NCBI GenBank assembly: GCA_002633005.1
Contig: NMRA01000054.1
Location: 85,006-149,005 of the forward strand
Length of the DNA stretch: 64,000 bases
Direction: 5' to 3'
Source: Phoronis australis
Taxonomy: Eukaryota; Animalia; Phoronida
Part shown: positions 60,931 to 64,000 of the stretch, piece by piece
Layout of the letters: every line of letters starts with the position of its first letter
Numbering within the stretch: the first letter of the stretch is position 1
Position numbers and translations under genes: made by a program
Notes under the pieces: model-generated
The model's database searches: none
Told to the model about the DNA's origin: nothing
The model's input: the letters and a program-made list of their open reading frames with translations, nothing else

Positions 60931-61542
60931 GTGTATGTCTCCGTTGTACTTATTCTCATTATCGAAAACTGTCCCTTGTGTTACTGCTAACTTATTTACG
61001 TCTTAATCCGACATAAGTTAACGTCACATGGAAAATGGGATTTATTTTTTCATATATTATAATGTTCAACTTCGCCGGGTCTGTTTAGTACTTTGTTGGC
61101 TGAAAACAAAAGTACATAAAATCTGAACGCTCTCTATTCGTGTTCTGGTTCAAGTTGCGAAGCTACCGAACCGGATGACGCAAACGCGGCTTAAGTATGA
61201 CGCCATTCTGATCAAGCGCGTTCTTGATTCGTCATACCCTGCCGATAGATGGCTCCCAACGGACTGTAACAGTTCAGTTGCGAAACGTTTGACATAAACT
61301 TCACTATCTTACTTCAATGCATATTAAGTCAGACGTGCAGTACGAAGAGCGAAACTACAAAAGTCAACTATTTGCAGAAGTTTTTGTCGTTTAGTTCTTG
61401 CTATTCATTAGAATAGTAAAGAGCATACAAATGCGTCTCTAAAGTAAAATAGTACAAAGTAAAACGATGGGAGTCGTTTTACTTTATACTAATTTACTCT
61501 TCTTAACTCTTCACCGCATCCCAACAGCTATTTTATTCATCT

Positions 61543-61823
61543 TTAAAGTGGCATTAAATCCGTGTTTTCTGTAAAAAGAATTATTCAGGATATTTAGAGT
61601 TTTTACATTTGTCTCAAATTGGTCGTTCGTGAAAATGGGTGTGATTTCTGGGATTTTCCAGACCAAACTCATTAAAGTTCAGGTCATGCAAGCGAACTAT
61701 CAGTTCTCTCTGAGCCCAGCGATAACTTTAAAACTGATAATAAAACAAGACAAAGCCAATGTTTAACGGTGGGTACTGTACCTCAAAACCATTTGACAAA
61801 ATCACGGATTTAACGCTGCCTCA
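61543..61823. mobile_element. Degenerate TIR MITE (TTAA-ended, Kolobok-like)
   Basis: TTAAAGTGGCATTAAATCCGTG versus CACGGATTTAACGCTGCCTCAA. Confidence 0.45.
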
Positions 61824-64000
61824 AACAGCCGCTGACACCATAGCGAAACATTATTTCGCGATGGTTCAAGTTGAAGATTGTGAATTCAGCGACAACAGAC
61901 CCGAATAATCACTTGGGTTGGTACTCCCAAGCCTTAAGTAACGTCATCGATTAATGACTCATTTTGAGAATGAATAAAATACTATCCATTTTAAAGCTGC
62001 ACTTTGTCGTGTTTATCTCGAAGGAAAGTCTCAAGCACCTAATGTTGTTCATCGCGATAGAAGTCTGTTGCTGTTCTCTGAAGAACATCGACACGTTGCA
62101 GCGGTAACTGCGTTGGCCAACCTTAATATTGCCGGTTCACGGCTTATTCGACAATAATTCATGGTATAATGCCGGGCGTAGAAAGGTTATTAAACCACAA
62201 AGCGCTTGGTTTAAGAGATCAACATGTACGGTTCAACATGGCTAAAATGCAACTTTATCTACTCGACAGAACGTCTGGTGCTATTTGCTGAAAATCACTG
62301 GAACTGTATTTCAGCGACAAAAAGTGAAAAACGATCGAAATTTTCTAACAACTGATTCTATTTACAGAAACTGTTAAGCATATATCCTGCAGCTGTGTAC
62401 GTCTAAAATAACGTTCGGCTGTCAACACCTTTGTTTTGAATGCAACCCCAATACATACCATAAATTCTTTCAGGACTGCTGTCTATTCCCGTGCTTTCAT
62501 CCGTAATGTACAAGTCCTTGTACTCTCCAAATATCTTTTTTTGTCTGCGATGAGAAAGCGCCAAATGTTGAACATACATACCTGCATTTAGGCCTATGTT
62601 TGTAAGCCACAAACAAAGTAGCCGACTTGCATAAAATGTAGAAAGTGTAGTGTGCACACATTAGAACAAATTATTAAGCATGATGTGTTTTCACCGTCAG
62701 TATCCCTTAATAAAATGTACAACCTTATTCGCTAGTAACTGTATACTACCCGTAAAACTGAAATAAACAAATCTTCGATACAGCCGCCCTATCATTTGAT
62801 TTGCCCACTGAAAGCTAGGCCCCGTGTTAATTGGGCTCTGGCTGATAACGATGAACAGGAATAGGACTGGAAATGGGATTTTCGCCCTACTATTTCTCTG
62901 CAATAGGCACATTTAGGCGGAACAGCCCCCCCCCCCACGCTACCCACACGACCCAAAAATAACAAGCGTCGCCGGCATGCTCATTTTGTGGAACATTTTA
63001 CTTCGGAAGTTGCTGCGCCCGCGACGTCCTAGATCCGCCAGAGTTCTCGGGAACAAAAATTTTGCTGAAGTTAAAGTTGAATTTCGCCCTGTTACGCTGG
63101 TTTAAAACGTAATCGAATTACGTCTTTCAATTTTAAATGTATGAAAAGGGTTTCAAATTGTTCTCTCCTTGATCGGACTTACATGCATTTTCTATTATCA
63201 TGAAGAAAATACAAAGTACTCCCCATAGTCGGTGGGCCAGATTTTGTAGGGCCTCTAGAAAATGGTTTTTGTGAGTACTTTAGGGGGGCAATTTTATTTT
63301 GGTATTTTTTAATTCATTTATCAGTGTTTTCAAAATCTAAAAAGTTCCCACATATAAAGTTGCACATTTTTGAGAAATTTGAGTTTGAAGTTACCTAATA
63401 ATCACCAAAGAGCTTAGTAAACTTATATTTGTAAAAACAACAGTTTTGGTGACTTTTTTGTAAAACAAGTAATATGGTCCCATCACTGTCATTGTATTGA
63501 ACAATATTACACTCACATTACATATTTCACTATTGTAAATTAATTGTAAACAGTGAAATTTAAAAAACGTAAAGAGACACCTAGTGGCAAAAATGCAAAC
63601 TAAGTCTAAATGTTACTAGGAAGTTATTCTGGCATTGTCAGGCAACAAAAATAACACAAAACACTTGAGACTGGGCAAAATTTGTGCCTCAATGACTAAA
63701 ATATTGACTAATGGTGTAAAATACAGCTTGTTTGCATAATACACCAGAAATAGGTTATAGTACAAAAACAATATAGTTGAATGATCTCTGTGAATGTGCA
63801 CAAAGACTGTATGAAAATACTAGATTATTCTGACAGAGTTTATCAAGCAGTATGAGACAAATACATGACAATGATCAAAGTATGTACTTTCTATGACTTA
63901 ACAAATAAAATTAACTTTTTAATACAAAAAAGGAAATAACGGGGTTGGAAGTCTATTTAGGGTTGACTTGTCAAAGAACTATGCAATGTTATGCAGTCAG

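Overview
This is animal genomic DNA, not prokaryotic. It is AT-rich and intron-rich, probably from an invertebrate, and has one 184-N gap. Most of the ORF track is noise, so I rebuilt the genes by hand from GT-AG splice sites and intron phases. (A) Plus strand, 911-13537, 5' end outside the window: an array of 63-72 nt exons, each encoding one C-x2-G-x2-C-x2-G-x-C...C repeat, ending in a WAP four-disulfide-core exon. None of these exons is in the ORF track. (B) Minus strand, 43398-15944, convergent with A: a 12-exon model of about 770 aa for a secreted protein. It has a signal peptide, two tandem F-spondin-type reeler domains each split over 3 exons with identical phases, a 269-codon acidic/basic low-complexity block rich in R, W, G and H, an anaphylatoxin-like CC-x2-G...C...C-x6-CC module, and an S/T/P tail. 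(C) Minus strand, at least 60663-56952: four small exons spliced to a terminal exon of about 3 kb encoding a disordered S/T-rich tail. The rest is transposon debris: CR1/L2-type LINEs (one with a decayed 2A-like motif), Penelope-like elements with inverted pseudo-LTRs and hammerhead-like cores, a BEL/Pao element nested in a Penelope copy with a 5-bp TSD, Academ-like remnants, HINE/Helentron-like elements, and hAT-like MITEs with 5- or 8-bp TSDs. Gene models and family names come from manual reading and need RNA-seq and HMM confirmation. I found no clearly new multi-gene system. The best candidates for novelty are the two convergent genes for extracellular Cys-rich proteins and two transposons that may carry cargo.
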